A stretch of DNA of 64,000 nucleotides from Prochlorococcus sp. AG-347-I15 (GCA_003281585.1 QCBN01000001.1:168247-232246), one strand, 5' to 3'. Positions 1 to 9,927 are shown, numbered from the stretch's first letter. The notes: a model not told the origin generated them from the sequence alone. A program made the numbers and translations.

Positions 1-1
1 C

Positions 2-694
2 ATATTTATACTACTAATTAGTGGAATAATAGGTATTGGTTTAGGTGATACTTTCTATTTAAAGTCACTACAAACAATTGGCACAAGAAAAACTTTATCT
101 ATAGAAACTCTTTCTCCGTTAATGGCAGCTTTGTCAGGAGAATTTTTCATTAATGAAAATTTAACAAATAAATCATGGGCTGGAATAATTGTAGTAACGA
201 TTTCTCTATTCATAATTCTCAGAAAAGGTAACGATTTTAAAGAGGAAAACTCCTCTTTCTCAGAAAAAAATAACTTCAAGATTTTTGCTTTTCCTTTTTT
301 ATCAGTTTTATGTGCTGTTCTTGGAGGTCTTTTATCAAGGATGGTTTTCCTTCAAAGCAATTTATCTCCTTTCCTTACAACTGAAATAAGATTATTAGGT
401 GCAATAATTTTTTTGATAAGTCTAAAAGGATTTAAAATTAATTTTTTCTTAAAAAATATAGACAAAAAACAACAAAAAAGATTTTTAATTTCAATACTTC
501 TTGGAACAAATATAGGAATATTTCTACAACAAGTTGTGTTTAAAACCCTTCCTATAGGGGTAGGATGGGCTTTATTAAGCACATCTCCAGTAATTTCCTT
601 ATTTTTTGCTAAGAATGAGGAAAGAGAAATTACCAAAAAAATAATATTTTTTACTTGTTTTTTATTTTTTGGCTTGACATTAATAATTCTTTAA
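2..694 (+). CDS. DMT/EamA-family transporter (5' end outside the window)
   Basis: Frame is open from position 2 (IFILLISGIIGIGLGDTFYLKSLQTIG...). Multiple TM segments and EamA-like motifs such as LLSTSPVISL. Confidence 0.85.
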   Translation: MFILLISGIIGIGLGDTFYLKSLQTIGTRKTLSIETLSPLMAALSGEFFINENLTNKSWAGIIVVTISLFIILRKGNDFKEENSSFSEKNNFKIFAFPFLSVLCAVLGGLLSRMVFLQSNLSPFLTTEIRLLGAIIFLISLKGFKINFFLKNIDKKQQKRFLISILLGTNIGIFLQQVVFKTLPIGVGWALLSTSPVISLFFAKNEEREITKKIIFFTCFLFFGLTLIIL

Positions 695-771
695 TCTCTG
701 AGTTAATGTAAAAAATACTCATGTTAATAAAAATCAAATTAAATAAAATTACCCTATAAACACTCAAAACA

Positions 772-894
772 ATGAAAACATTAAAGAAAAAAAAACTCGG
801 CATATTTGAAGTCTATTTTATTTTTTTAAGCTGTATTTATGCAGGCTTTATAAGTTATAAATCTCTATTAAATGTTTTATTTGGAATTAATTAA
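772..894 (+). CDS. Small single-TM protein (40 aa)
   Basis: Hand-translated MKTLKKKKLGIFEVYFIFLSCIYAGFISYKSLLNVLFGIN. Confidence 0.5.
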   Translation: MKTLKKKKLGIFEVYFIFLSCIYAGFISYKSLLNVLFGIN

Positions 895-1021
895 TTCTTT
901 CTAATGATTTAATCAATTTACCTCCATCTTGGTCATCATCATCATTTGAAGCGAAAAATAAAAAAAATATTCCTAGAGAAGCTATAGATAACGAAATTGA
1001 CAATACAGAAAGCTCATCCAT
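887..1021 (-). CDS. Small TM protein with acidic DDDDQDGG tail (44 aa)
   Basis: MDELSVLSISLSIASLGIFFLFFASNDDDDQDGGKLIKSLERIN; shares its motif with 2164-2346. Confidence 0.65.
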   Translation of the reverse strand: MDELSVLSISLSIASLGIFFLFFASNDDDDQDGGKLIKSLERIN

Positions 1022-1140
1022 AAATCAGAAATTTTTTATATGATAAACGAAAAAAAATAAAAGACAGTAAAGAAATACACATTCTCAAAAATAAACATTT
1101 CTTTTATTTGTAGAATGAAAAAACACATTTGAACTATTTC

Positions 1141-1416
1141 GTGAAAGTTATAATAACTTCCCCCTGTAGTGCAAGCGTAATAATTCAGTATGGAATAAAA
1201 AGTTGGCCTATTTGGGAATGTGAGCCAAGCAAATTTCAATGGAATTACGATGAGAAGGAAATTTGCTTAATTATTGAAGGTCAAGCGAAAATAAGTACCC
1301 AAAACGGTGACATTTACGAGATTAAAGCTGGAGATCTAGTTGCGTTTCCTGCTGGACTTAACTGCGAATGGGAAGTAACCAAAAGTATTAAAAAACATTA
1401 TCGATTGGGCACCTAA
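1141..1416 (+). CDS. Cupin_3 (DUF861/EutQ-like) protein
   Basis: WPIWECEPSKFQWNYDEKEICLIIEG...IKAGDLVAFPAG...WEV; GTG start at 1141 preferred over 1129. Confidence 0.9.
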   Translation: MKVIITSPCSASVIIQYGIKSWPIWECEPSKFQWNYDEKEICLIIEGQAKISTQNGDIYEIKAGDLVAFPAGLNCEWEVTKSIKKHYRLGT

Positions 1417-1507
1417 ATGTAAGAAAAAAGATTTTTTCTTCTTTACTGTTAAGTCAACGTAGATAAAATATGGTTAATAAATAATTTTCAAGAAGGAAAC
1501 TAATATT

Positions 1508-1678
1508 ATGCCTTTTACTGATCAAGAATATTTTGAAGTTATTGAAAAAAACGAAATCGTAAAAGAGGCCTTTGAAAATATTAAGCAAATTTGCATTGAT
1601 TTACAAAAACAAACAAATTGTCCTGAAGAGGATCTAAAAGATTTTCTTGAATTTATTTCTAAACAATGGAATAATTAA
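1508..1678 (+). CDS. Hypothetical small protein (56 aa)
   Basis: MPFTDQEYFEVIEKNEIVKEAFENIKQICIDLQKQTNCPEEDLKDFLEFISKQWNN; AAGGA upstream. Confidence 0.7.
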   Translation: MPFTDQEYFEVIEKNEIVKEAFENIKQICIDLQKQTNCPEEDLKDFLEFISKQWNN

Positions 1679-1748
1679 TAATTAAAATTAACGAACCTTT
1701 TAAATACTAAATTTAAAATTTCAATTTAGTTTTCTGACAGAATAAGTT

Positions 1749-1880
1749 CTAATCTAATTCCTTTTTTGGTTTTGTATTGATACTGGAAGTTCCCTTAGCA
1801 GCAGAAACGAAGAAAAAGAAGCCTACAATTCCTGATATACCAAATATCGCAGCCAAAGGATCAAAAGTGAAAGAAAACAT
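1749..1880 (-). CDS. Small single-TM protein
   Basis: MFSFTFDPLAAIFGISGIVGFFFFVSAAKG...; ATG at 1880 preferred. Confidence 0.6.
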   Translation of the reverse strand: MFSFTFDPLAAIFGISGIVGFFFFVSAAKGTSSINTKPKKELD

Positions 1881-2163
1881 AGAATTTATAAAATCAAGAT
1901 AAATAATAGTTTTTGAATCAAAATTGCACAATTATTGTTAAGTATAAAAAATAACAATTGCGCGATTCATTATGTCATAATTAGTTTTTCAGTAGGTTCA
2001 AGAAAATTGTTATTCAAATTGATTTTGAAGAATAAAAATATCAACACTCACCAAAGATCTATTCGTACGAAAGAGAAAAGTTTTTAAAAATTTTTATAGA
2101 AATATTGAAAAAACACTACCCAGAGGATCCACATTTGTTGTTTCTTTAGATTAATATCTACCT

Positions 2164-2346
2164 ATGACAGAACTTTACACAGCTTCTTCCTCAATGAGTC
2201 CTTTTACAGCAATATTATGGTGCCTTTATCCAGTAGCTGTACTTGTAATTATTGAATTACTTCTAGGGGGCGGCTTTGATGATGACAATAATGACGATCA
2301 AGATGGTGGAATGCTAATTCCTGCTTACTCTAGATCAGAAATTTGA
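2164..2346 (+). CDS. Small TM protein with DDDxxDDQDGGMLIPAY tail
   Basis: ORF track; TM helix plus acidic motif recalled from picocyanobacterial/cyanophage microproteins. Confidence 0.8.
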   Translation: MTELYTASSSMSPFTAILWCLYPVAVLVIIELLLGGGFDDDNNDDQDGGMLIPAYSRSEI

Positions 2347-2390
2347 ATTTTTTTTAATTTTAATTTAAAGACATAAAGAACTTAATTAAG

Positions 2391-2531
2391 TTGGCAAACA
2401 ATATTGATACAACTCATATCTCTCTAATTATACTTATCTTCCTTATGATTTCCTCTCTAACCTGGCTCATCTTAAGAACCCTTAAGGAAGGTCGAAAAGC
2501 TCTAACAGAAATAAATAAGGATAGATCGTGA
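2391..2531 (+). CDS. Small single-TM protein (46 aa, TTG start)
   Basis: LANNIDTTHISLIILIFLMISSLTWLILRTLKEGRKALTEINKDRS. Confidence 0.5.
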   Translation: MANNIDTTHISLIILIFLMISSLTWLILRTLKEGRKALTEINKDRS

Positions 2532-2772
2532 AATACAATAAACATTAAAAATGTAGAATATGATTCGATTTATAAAACTCTAAGATTTATAAGTTTTACT
2601 AACTAAATAGATATATTCCAAAAATTTAAAAACTTTTCCTTCTCAAAGTTTTGGAAAAGCATAAAAAACTTAAATAAATACTAGAATTCGGTTGCTAAGT
2701 CAAAAATTACCAATCTGTTAAAATCCCTTTTTTATGAAAGGCCCTTCTTTGTTATTACTTTAATAAATAAAC

Positions 2773-2868
2773 ATGCATCTAAATTCTTTACTTTATATTT
2801 GTTCTATATCTTTATTCATTTATATAATGGCGCTGTTTTGGAGAGACTTGCCAAATCAAAAAAAGTAA
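2773..2868 (+). CDS. Small TM peptide (31 aa)
   Basis: MHLNSLLYICSISLFIYIMALFWRDLPNQKK. Confidence 0.4.
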   Translation: MHLNSLLYICSISLFIYIMALFWRDLPNQKK

Positions 2869-2950
2869 ATAAATAATTAATATTAATTTTGTTGCTTATC
2901 AAAATAAATTAAGTTATTAATTTAATATTGGATTTAATTTTTTTTTATAA

Positions 2951-3115
2951 ATGCTGAAAGAATCTTCAAATAACAATAACAAAAACATAATCTCAAAGAC
3001 TAATACTATCGCAAAAGAAAAGATGATTTGCAAAGACGGATTCTGTTCATTACCAAATCAAGATGAGATTCCAAAACAAGACTCAAATAATATGAATTTA
3101 TTTGATCCTATTTAG
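2951..3115 (+). CDS. Hypothetical protein with CKDGFC motif (54 aa)
   Basis: MLKESSNNNN...KMICKDGFCSLPNQ...MNLFDPI. Confidence 0.6.
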   Translation: MLKESSNNNNKNIISKTNTIAKEKMICKDGFCSLPNQDEIPKQDSNNMNLFDPI

Positions 3116-3150
3116 TAAATAAATAATATTTTGATAAATTAAAGATTAAA

Positions 3151-3519
3151 TTGATAATGTTAGATTCTTTGAATTTTTTATTTAAGTTTAATGACTTTTT
3201 AAACGCATATAAAGAGTTTTGGATTAAAGCTACTGACTTCAAAGGATTCACATCTCGATCGGATTGGTGGTTAGTTCAACTAGCGAATTTTATAATTTCT
3301 TTCCTAACTTTCCCAATATTTTTAAAAACGTTTGGTTTCAATGCTTATGGAATAGTTTGCATCATTCCTCAAATAGCTATTGATATAAGAAGAATCAGAG
3401 ATTTTGGAAAGGATTGGAAATGGATCTTTATTAATTTAATACCTATTTTCGGATGGATCTTGTGGTTCATCTGGTTAGGATTTGGCAAGACCGGTAATGG
3501 GGAAAGTAAACTTATATAG
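3151..3519 (+). CDS. DUF805-family membrane protein
   Basis: DFKGFTSRSDWW and AIDIRRIRDFGKDWKWIFINLIPIFGWI motifs. Confidence 0.9.
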   Translation: MIMLDSLNFLFKFNDFLNAYKEFWIKATDFKGFTSRSDWWLVQLANFIISFLTFPIFLKTFGFNAYGIVCIIPQIAIDIRRIRDFGKDWKWIFINLIPIFGWILWFIWLGFGKTGNGESKLI

Positions 3520-3522
3520 AAA

Positions 3523-3849
3523 TTAACTCTTTATTTTTTTTCTTTTTTTAAAATCTACATATCTTAAGTTGCTTCTTAGAGTTATTTGCTTTTCAAGAAT
3601 TCTAAACACATGCATCTCGCATTCGGTTAATTTAATAAACTGATTAAGTATATCTTTATCTTCCTCATCAAAATTTTCGAAAACCTCTGAAATAGAAATT
3701 CTATTATTATAAATAAAATCCTCTGCAACATCTTGTGGATTTTTACCTGAGTCGAAATCCCTTAAAGATTCATAAGAACTAAGTTCTCTAGTCAACCACT
3801 TAAGCCATGGTTCATTTTTATTATATTTTTTATTTGTAGTACTTTTCAT
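3523..3849 (-). CDS. Hypothetical protein
   Basis: 108-aa ORF with ATG start. Confidence 0.7.
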   Translation of the reverse strand: MKSTTNKKYNKNEPWLKWLTRELSSYESLRDFDSGKNPQDVAEDFIYNNRISISEVFENFDEEDKDILNQFIKLTECEMHVFRILEKQITLRSNLRYVDFKKRKKIKS

Positions 3850-4067
3850 AAAATAATTTTTACTAATTTAATCATTATTAGTTAATCATTATTTGACACC
3901 TGTAGAATTACTCATTTTTAAAATTTAATTAAATATAAATCTTATGTAATTTTTGAAAAATAACTCGAATAATTACTTATAAACTTCTTAGATAATAAAT
4001 ATTTATTACTCAACTTATTACTCATTTTTTTTTGGGGATAGCTAGAGTTTGTTTTTAATAAAGAACA

Positions 4068-4286
4068 TTGTCAATTCCATTTTATGAATTTCCTTCATCT
4101 CCAATTTTAATTATTGGTTCTCTTGGTATCGTAGTAGCAATAGCAGTTTTTTTTGTCTCTTATCAAAAATATTTCAATTCTCCTTTGAATAAAGAGATTG
4201 CGGAAAAGAAAAAGGCCTTAATTAGGGAACGAAAAGAATTAAATGTAAGGTTAGAAAAAATAGAACAAGATTTGAAAAATCTATAA
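4068..4286 (+). CDS. Small membrane-anchored coiled-coil protein
   Basis: N-terminal TM helix, charged C-terminus. Confidence 0.7.
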   Translation: MSIPFYEFPSSPILIIGSLGIVVAIAVFFVSYQKYFNSPLNKEIAEKKKALIRERKELNVRLEKIEQDLKNL

Positions 4287-4369
4287 AAATTACTTTTACA
4301 GAGATCACTTAATGATCTCGAATTCAAGACCTTAATTTTTTAAAAAGGAATTATGGTCTATAAGGAGTT

Positions 4370-4525
4370 ATGGATAAAGATCATCTTATTGAGTTAATTT
4401 CTAATAGCCTTCTTTACGATAGTAAAGATTCTGAATCAACTAGGAATCTTAGTGATTTCAAAAATTATTTAGAAAGACTAAATTTAGATCAATTAAGAAC
4501 TATGTCTAAAGAATTTATTCTTTAG
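4370..4525 (+). CDS. Small protein (51 aa), paralog of 25762-25917
   Basis: MDKDHLIELISNSLLYDSKDSESTRNLSDFKNYLERLNLDQLRTMSKEFIL; AAGGAG RBS. Confidence 0.8.
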   Translation: MDKDHLIELISNSLLYDSKDSESTRNLSDFKNYLERLNLDQLRTMSKEFIL

Positions 4526-4603
4526 TATGATATATGAAAATTTTTTATTTATTAAATAATCAATAATATTCAAAATCTTTTTACATAAGAAAATCAGAGA
4601 AAT

Positions 4604-5710
4604 ATGCCCAAAATTAATAGAAGTGATTTTTTAATCAGGCCATTTCTAAAAAGAAATAATTTAAGAGCTTTCTATCAAATTTTTTCTACCATCTTCCCAA
4701 TAATTTCTATTTGGTTAATTGTTTACCAAATAATAAATCAAACTTTTTCATTATCAATAAAAGGATTTTTACTGATACCTATTATTTTTCTTCTAACTCT
4801 GTTCTCTTCAAGAACATTCTCATTAATGCATGATTGTGGTCATAATTCTCTTTTTACAAAACGAAAATTAAACCGCTTTTTTGGATTTTTACTTGGATTG
4901 GTTAATGGTATTCCCCAAAAGTCATGGTCAATTGATCATGCATTTCATCATAGAAATAATGGAAATTGGGAAATTTACAAAGGTCCAATAGATGTTTTAA
5001 GTCTTGAAGATTATAATTCCCTAACAAAAAGAGAGAAAGTATTTTATAAATTAAGTAGAAACTGGATGATGCTTTTACCTGGTGGTTTTTTTTACTTAGT
5101 TTTAAAACCTAGATTAGGACTTTTTATTATTATTTTTAATTTCACTAAAGATATAGTCGAAGAGACTTTTATTAAAATAAAAAACAGAGAAATTTCTAAA
5201 CTTTTAGTTATAAATTCAAGAGTCAAGCCACCTTTTTCTGACTATGGAGATAATTTTAGTGAGCTATGTGAATTAATCATCAATAATGTAGTAGTAATAA
5301 TGGGCTGGGTTTTTATGTGCAAATGGTTGGGGTTAGTTTTTTTCTTATCGTTTTATTCCGTGATATTAACTCTATCAGCAGCAATTTTAATATGTGTTTT
5401 TTTTGTACAACATAACTATGAAAATGCATATGCTAAAAATACAGAAAATTGGAATATCATAGATGGAGCGATTTTGGGTAGTAGCAATTTAGATATCCCT
5501 AATTGGCTAAATTGGTTTTTAGCAGATATATCCTTCCACAGTATTCATCATCTTTCCGAAAGAATCCCAAATTACAATTTAAGAGCTTGTCATAAAGCAA
5601 ACATTCATTTGCTTCAAAAATCAAAGTTTTTAAAATTAAGCGATTTTTCAAACTGCTTCAAATATATTATTTGGGATAATAAAAATGAAAAATTAATCCC
5701 ATTAAGTTAA
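4604..5710 (+). CDS. Membrane fatty acid desaturase
   Basis: His boxes HDCGH, HAFHH, HSIHH; IPNYNL motif. Confidence 0.92.
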   Translation: MPKINRSDFLIRPFLKRNNLRAFYQIFSTIFPIISIWLIVYQIINQTFSLSIKGFLLIPIIFLLTLFSSRTFSLMHDCGHNSLFTKRKLNRFFGFLLGLVNGIPQKSWSIDHAFHHRNNGNWEIYKGPIDVLSLEDYNSLTKREKVFYKLSRNWMMLLPGGFFYLVLKPRLGLFIIIFNFTKDIVEETFIKIKNREISKLLVINSRVKPPFSDYGDNFSELCELIINNVVVIMGWVFMCKWLGLVFFLSFYSVILTLSAAILICVFFVQHNYENAYAKNTENWNIIDGAILGSSNLDIPNWLNWFLADISFHSIHHLSERIPNYNLRACHKANIHLLQKSKFLKLSDFSNCFKYIIWDNKNEKLIPLS

Positions 5711-5713
5711 TAC

Positions 5714-5866
5714 CTAATTCATCCTTCTTCTTAATTTTCTTTTTAGAGGAATACCGCTATATGCATGCGTCCCAATAGATGGAGGTAAGTCATTTTTTAA
5801 AGGATGCATAAAAGCGTTTGCCATACTCTCAAACATTTTAGAAAGCCAATTAATTACTGATTTCAT
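5714..5866 (-). CDS. Small cyanobacterial protein with PxxGxxxYSGxP motif (50 aa)
   Basis: MKSVINWLSKMFESMANAFMHPLKNDLPPSIGTHAYSGIPLKRKLRRRMN. Confidence 0.7.
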   Translation of the reverse strand: MKSVINWLSKMFESMANAFMHPLKNDLPPSIGTHAYSGIPLKRKLRRRMN

Positions 5867-6044
5867 TTGAATCTAAAGTCTACTTTTCTATCATCTAACT
5901 AAATTAATGAAAAGTAAATCAGTCTTTATGCTGATTTTTATAAAGATTGCTTTATAAAGAAACTCTCAAAATTTTTGTATCTTTTGTCTTTTTAAAAAAA
6001 ATTTATCAGTAATTTTTTCAAAGTAAACTTGACGCAATATAAAT

Positions 6045-6058
6045 GTAGTAAATAATAC
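6045..6058. promoter_or_regulatory. Candidate NtcA site
   Basis: GTA-GTAAATAA-TAC (GTA-N8-TAC) between divergent small ORFs; could be chance in AT-rich DNA. Confidence 0.35.
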
Positions 6059-6143
6059 TTATTTTTTCTAATTCACTTAATAAATCAAATTTTTGTACAT
6101 AATTTCGTGCTATATCTCTATTTCAAATAAATCGATTAATATT

Positions 6144-6302
6144 ATGAATGATTCATTTGCTTCTACCAACAAGAAAACAGAAATAGATTCAATTAATTCA
6201 TATTTTGAATGTATTACTGAATGCAGTATTGTAGATGGTCATCAAGAATGTATTAGTCGTTGTTTAGAAAAACATTTAAAGGGGGGAGATCAAAATGAAT
6301 AA
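6144..6302 (+). CDS. Small Cys-rich protein (YFECITECS...ECISRC)
   Basis: ATG at 6144; twin CxxxC motifs. Confidence 0.75.
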   Translation: MNDSFASTNKKTEIDSINSYFECITECSIVDGHQECISRCLEKHLKGGDQNE

Positions 6303-6447
6303 AAAAAATTCACCACAAAGGAAAACGACCTTAAAGTGGAACTCAAGTGGAGAGCTTTCTGAAATCGATATGTTAAGAATTTTAGATAAATTATCATCTA
6401 ATGATCTTAAGCAATGTGAATTGACCTGCGATTCTGATCAAATTTAG
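6295..6447 (+). CDS. Small protein (50 aa)
   Basis: MNKKNSPQRKTTLKWNSSGELSEIDMLRILDKLSSNDLKQCELTCDSDQI; GGAG RBS; overlaps the upstream stop. Confidence 0.75.
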   Translation: MNKKNSPQRKTTLKWNSSGELSEIDMLRILDKLSSNDLKQCELTCDSDQI

Positions 6448-7012
6448 AAATTCATAATATAAAGACTTCTTAATTAATAAATCAAAAATAATTTTTGCTA
6501 AACCCATTTTTTTAAACCGAGGTCAAGTAAAATCATAAAATGCATTCAAAAATAATTTAGTCATTCCGCTGATTAAAAGCAGTCAATTTGATTTTTTATA
6601 TTAATACTTTTAAATAAGAGATATTTAATTAAAATCGAGACTATTTTCTTCATACTTTGAAGAAATTTGTAAATTAATTTTTTGAGGTAATCTCTTTTTT
6701 TTGGAATGTTTTAGTAATTTCCTTTTTAGTAATTTCAATAGGTTTTATCATCCCTAAATCGCCATGAGTTGGGCAATAATAGGTTATTAGCATCCATTTT
6801 TTTTCTTCATCCACAGTGTTTTACCTCTCGTTGAAATGAAATTATTGAACAATTAAACAGGATGAATTTTGAAAAATGATTTTATTTAATCTTTTTTTCT
6901 CTTTTTCTTAATATTGAATAGATTTTTTGAAGCAATCATCACTTAATAGATATAAATACGCATGACTTTTAAAAAAAATCCTGCTATTTATTAATAAATT
7001 CAAAATCATTTC

Positions 7013-7144
7013 ATGTCACTAGAATCTATATTAATGGTAGTAGCACCAATCTGTCTTTTTACTGTGGGAGTGATAGTTTTACCTATTTTAGTTAAGCCTC
7101 GTAAACAATCAGGCCTCCCAAAGAGGTATATACGTGGTCTTTAA
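7013..7144 (+). CDS. Small single-TM protein (43 aa)
   Basis: MSLESILMVVAPICLFTVGVIVLPILVKPRKQSGLPKRYIRGL. Confidence 0.55.
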   Translation: MSLESILMVVAPICLFTVGVIVLPILVKPRKQSGLPKRYIRGL

Positions 7145-7392
7145 ACTAAATAAGCTTTAAGTAGGAACTAATAGAGACGGTGCAAAAACTAATTGTATAA
7201 ATAAATCAAAAATTTAATAAAACAATAAAACTAAAAATTTTCAACTTAAATCAATTCTTTAAAATGAAATTTAGCTTTAAAAATTCTATTAATTAAGACA
7301 ATTGATACATTATTTTTTTAAAGTGCCCCTGTGATGGATAATAAAATATATAAATAGATTTTTATTTAACAAAATTCCTAGCTAACAAAAAT

Positions 7393-8565
7393 TTGAGAAA
7401 TATAAAATTTTCTGGCCTCAAAGGCAAAGCGCTTGCAATAGAGGATAAAGATATTCCAAGCATAAAAGAATTTAAGGATGTTATTCCAGAAGACTATTTT
7501 AAGTGCGATACGAAAACTTCTTTAGGTTATCTTTTACAATCAGTTTTAATTCAATTTTTAGTAGTTGCAATAGGGTTATCTATTCCATTTACTCCAAAAA
7601 TGATCCCAATTTGGATCATATACTCATTACTATCGGGTACTACTGCGATGGGATTCTGGGTAATTGCCCATGAATGTGGACATGGAGCATTTTCAAAAAA
7701 CAAAACCTTGGAAACTATAACTGGATATCTACTACATTCATTATTACTAGTTCCTTATTTCTCTTGGCAACGTTCTCATTCAGTTCATCATCGATTTACA
7801 AATAATGTAACCAATGGTGAAACTCACGTTCCTCTAGTCATTGAGGGAAATGGGGTTACAGAAAAGGTTGGAGGAGAAAAAGAATTACATTTTTCAAATT
7901 CCATAGGTAGAAAAAGTTACGGAATTCTTCAACTTGTTTTACATCTAATATTTGGGTGGCCTGCTTATTTACTTACAGGTAGTACCGGAGGCATTAAATA
8001 TGGAACTTCAAATCATTTTTGGCCAACAAAACCATTTTCCAATGCATTATGGCCATCAATATGGACTAAGAAAGTTTGGATATCAGATATTGGTGTAGGT
8101 TTAACGTTATTGGGTATCTTTTTCTTTATTTTTAAATATGGATTATTTCCTGTTATTGCAATTTATATTGGTCCTTTATTAGTGGTAAATAGTTGGTTAG
8201 TAATTTATACATGGCTTCACCATACAGATTCAGATGTCCCACATCTTTCAAACACGGGATTTTCTTTTATGAAAGGAGCCTTTCTGTCGATTGACAGGCC
8301 TTACGGGAAAATCCTCAACTTTTTGCATCATAATATAGGTTCGAGCCATGTAGTTCATCATGTCTGTCCAACCATTCCTCATTATCATGCTAAAAAAGCT
8401 ACTGTTTTAATAAAAAGAGCATTTAAAAAAGTATATCTTTTTAATCCAGATCCAATCCCCAAAGCCCTCTGGAATATTGCTTGTAATTGCGTTGCTGTTA
8501 AGTCAGAGATAAAGGGAAAGAAAAGAGAAAGATATATTTGGCAAGCTTCATATAATAAAAGATGA
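7393..8565 (+). CDS. desA: Delta-12 (omega-6)-type fatty acid desaturase
   Basis: WVIAHECGH, PYFSWQRSHSVHH, SHVVHH...IPHYHA boxes typical of FAD2/DesA-like enzymes. Confidence 0.9.
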   Translation: MRNIKFSGLKGKALAIEDKDIPSIKEFKDVIPEDYFKCDTKTSLGYLLQSVLIQFLVVAIGLSIPFTPKMIPIWIIYSLLSGTTAMGFWVIAHECGHGAFSKNKTLETITGYLLHSLLLVPYFSWQRSHSVHHRFTNNVTNGETHVPLVIEGNGVTEKVGGEKELHFSNSIGRKSYGILQLVLHLIFGWPAYLLTGSTGGIKYGTSNHFWPTKPFSNALWPSIWTKKVWISDIGVGLTLLGIFFFIFKYGLFPVIAIYIGPLLVVNSWLVIYTWLHHTDSDVPHLSNTGFSFMKGAFLSIDRPYGKILNFLHHNIGSSHVVHHVCPTIPHYHAKKATVLIKRAFKKVYLFNPDPIPKALWNIACNCVAVKSEIKGKKRERYIWQASYNKR

Positions 8566-8687
8566 CTAAGAACAAAGTAAATATAAAACTCTTTATCACA
8601 TTAATTTACGCAAATCTGAAAATAATATAAAAGAATCAATAATATCTTACTTTTCATCTTAAAAATATCTAGTTAATTAAATTTATT

Positions 8688-8849
8688 ATGAGTGGAGACA
8701 ACTTACATGGTAAGCAGCCTATTAAATTTTATTCAGAGGAAATAACAATAACAAAAGTAGAATTATTAGAGAAACAACTTAGTCTAGGAGAAAAAATCTC
8801 AAATTTAGATGAAAAGCACAAAGAGTGGAGTAGAAAACTCTCAAGTTGA
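8688..8849 (+). CDS. Small MSGD...QP protein (53 aa)
   Basis: MSGDNLHGKQPIKFYSEEITITKVELLEKQ...; N-terminus resembles 24723-24860. Confidence 0.7.
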   Translation: MSGDNLHGKQPIKFYSEEITITKVELLEKQLSLGEKISNLDEKHKEWSRKLSS

Positions 8850-8962
8850 TAATTTAATAAAATACTTTTTAAATATACTTAATCAATTATCAAATAAATA
8901 ATTATTTTAACTCGTATGGTTATTACCAATTCTAAATAGCCTATAAAATATCAAAAATTTTT

Positions 8963-9359
8963 TAAGTAATTTTTCCCTTACTCCCTAAGGAGTGCAACAC
9001 TACAACTAAGTCTATTCAGCTAAATGAATAATATTTAAAGAAACTATTCCCTTGCATAGAATGTAATAACTAAAGTTAAATTCCTGAAGAAATTATTCCT
9101 CAATCAAGAGGGAGCGGTTCGGAGCATTTTCACACTTAAATTTGCATGCTCAACCAAGAATTTATATTTTTTTCTATGAACTAAAAAATCTGGATAACTT
9201 GTTTGCCACATTGCTTCTGGAGAACGTTTTTGAAAAACTACTCCTTGCTTTCAACTACCACTTCCTATTTCGAATATTGAACCATTTATTTCTATGATTT
9301 TGAATAGTATATCTCCAATACAGGCGCTATTTCGTTTAGTAGCTTGGGAAAAGCTTACT
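8963..9359 (+). ncRNA. Candidate large structured RNA A (~400 nt)
   Basis: Ends pair (AGTAA/TTTTCCC with GGGAAAA/TTACT); nested long-range stems ACTATTC/GAATAGT, CATAGAA/TTCTATG, GGTTC/GAACC; no long ORF. Confidence 0.5.
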
Positions 9360-9414
9360 ATACAGAATGAAAAGAATGAGGAAATGCAGAAAAGTAATTA
9401 TTCTGAATTTTTCT

Positions 9415-9558
9415 TTATTGCAGTTTTCTCAATTTAGGAGTCTTAAAGAACATTATCTTAAGGCTAAAGAATATTATCGCAACTGTAAGCGCAGGTAAAA
9501 TATATAGTATTAAATCAGATGTAGCAATGGAAGGAATTCTTGCGAAAATTAAATGCAT
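9415..9558 (-). CDS. Small single-TM protein (47 aa)
   Basis: MHLIFARIPSIATSDLILYILPALTVAIIFFSLKIMFFKTPKLRKLQ. Confidence 0.5.
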   Translation of the reverse strand: MHLIFARIPSIATSDLILYILPALTVAIIFFSLKIMFFKTPKLRKLQ

Positions 9559-9662
9559 GTAATAAGTAGTAAATGACAATAGTCTGTTTCATCTAATTTA
9601 TTATTAGCAAAAATTTGAAATCTTAAAAATATTTTTTCTTTAAACTAAGAATTTAAAATTTA

Positions 9663-9696
9663 AAGAGTCAGCCTGTATCCCTACTAGCTGACTCTT
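9663..9696 (-). terminator. Strong hairpin, possible 3' end of a minus-strand sRNA
   Basis: AAGAGTCAGC / GCTGACTCTT perfect 10-bp inverted repeat. Confidence 0.5.
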
Positions 9697-9804
9697 ACTC
9701 ATATTAATTAAATATACTTATAATCGAGACCTGAGACTTATAAAGAAAAAGCTTTTAGCTTATATTTTCTATGTCAATTTAAGAAAAATCATTCCATCAA
9801 TAAG

Positions 9805-9818
9805 GTATACATAAATAC
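9805..9818. promoter_or_regulatory. Candidate NtcA site upstream of the hli pair
   Basis: GTA-TACATAAA-TAC. Confidence 0.4.
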
Positions 9819-9927
9819 ATATTTGTCACACCATTGTTATTATTTTAATTTTTTTGGCTACTTCGCAAAATATTGTTTACATAAATAAATAAATATGTTA
9901 TATTTGTTTACAATTACTTTCAAAAAA

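Noticed and set aside
55-1239. Minus-strand ORFs 55-279, 352-636 and 1036-1239
   Set aside because: Overlap the DMT and cupin genes antisense.
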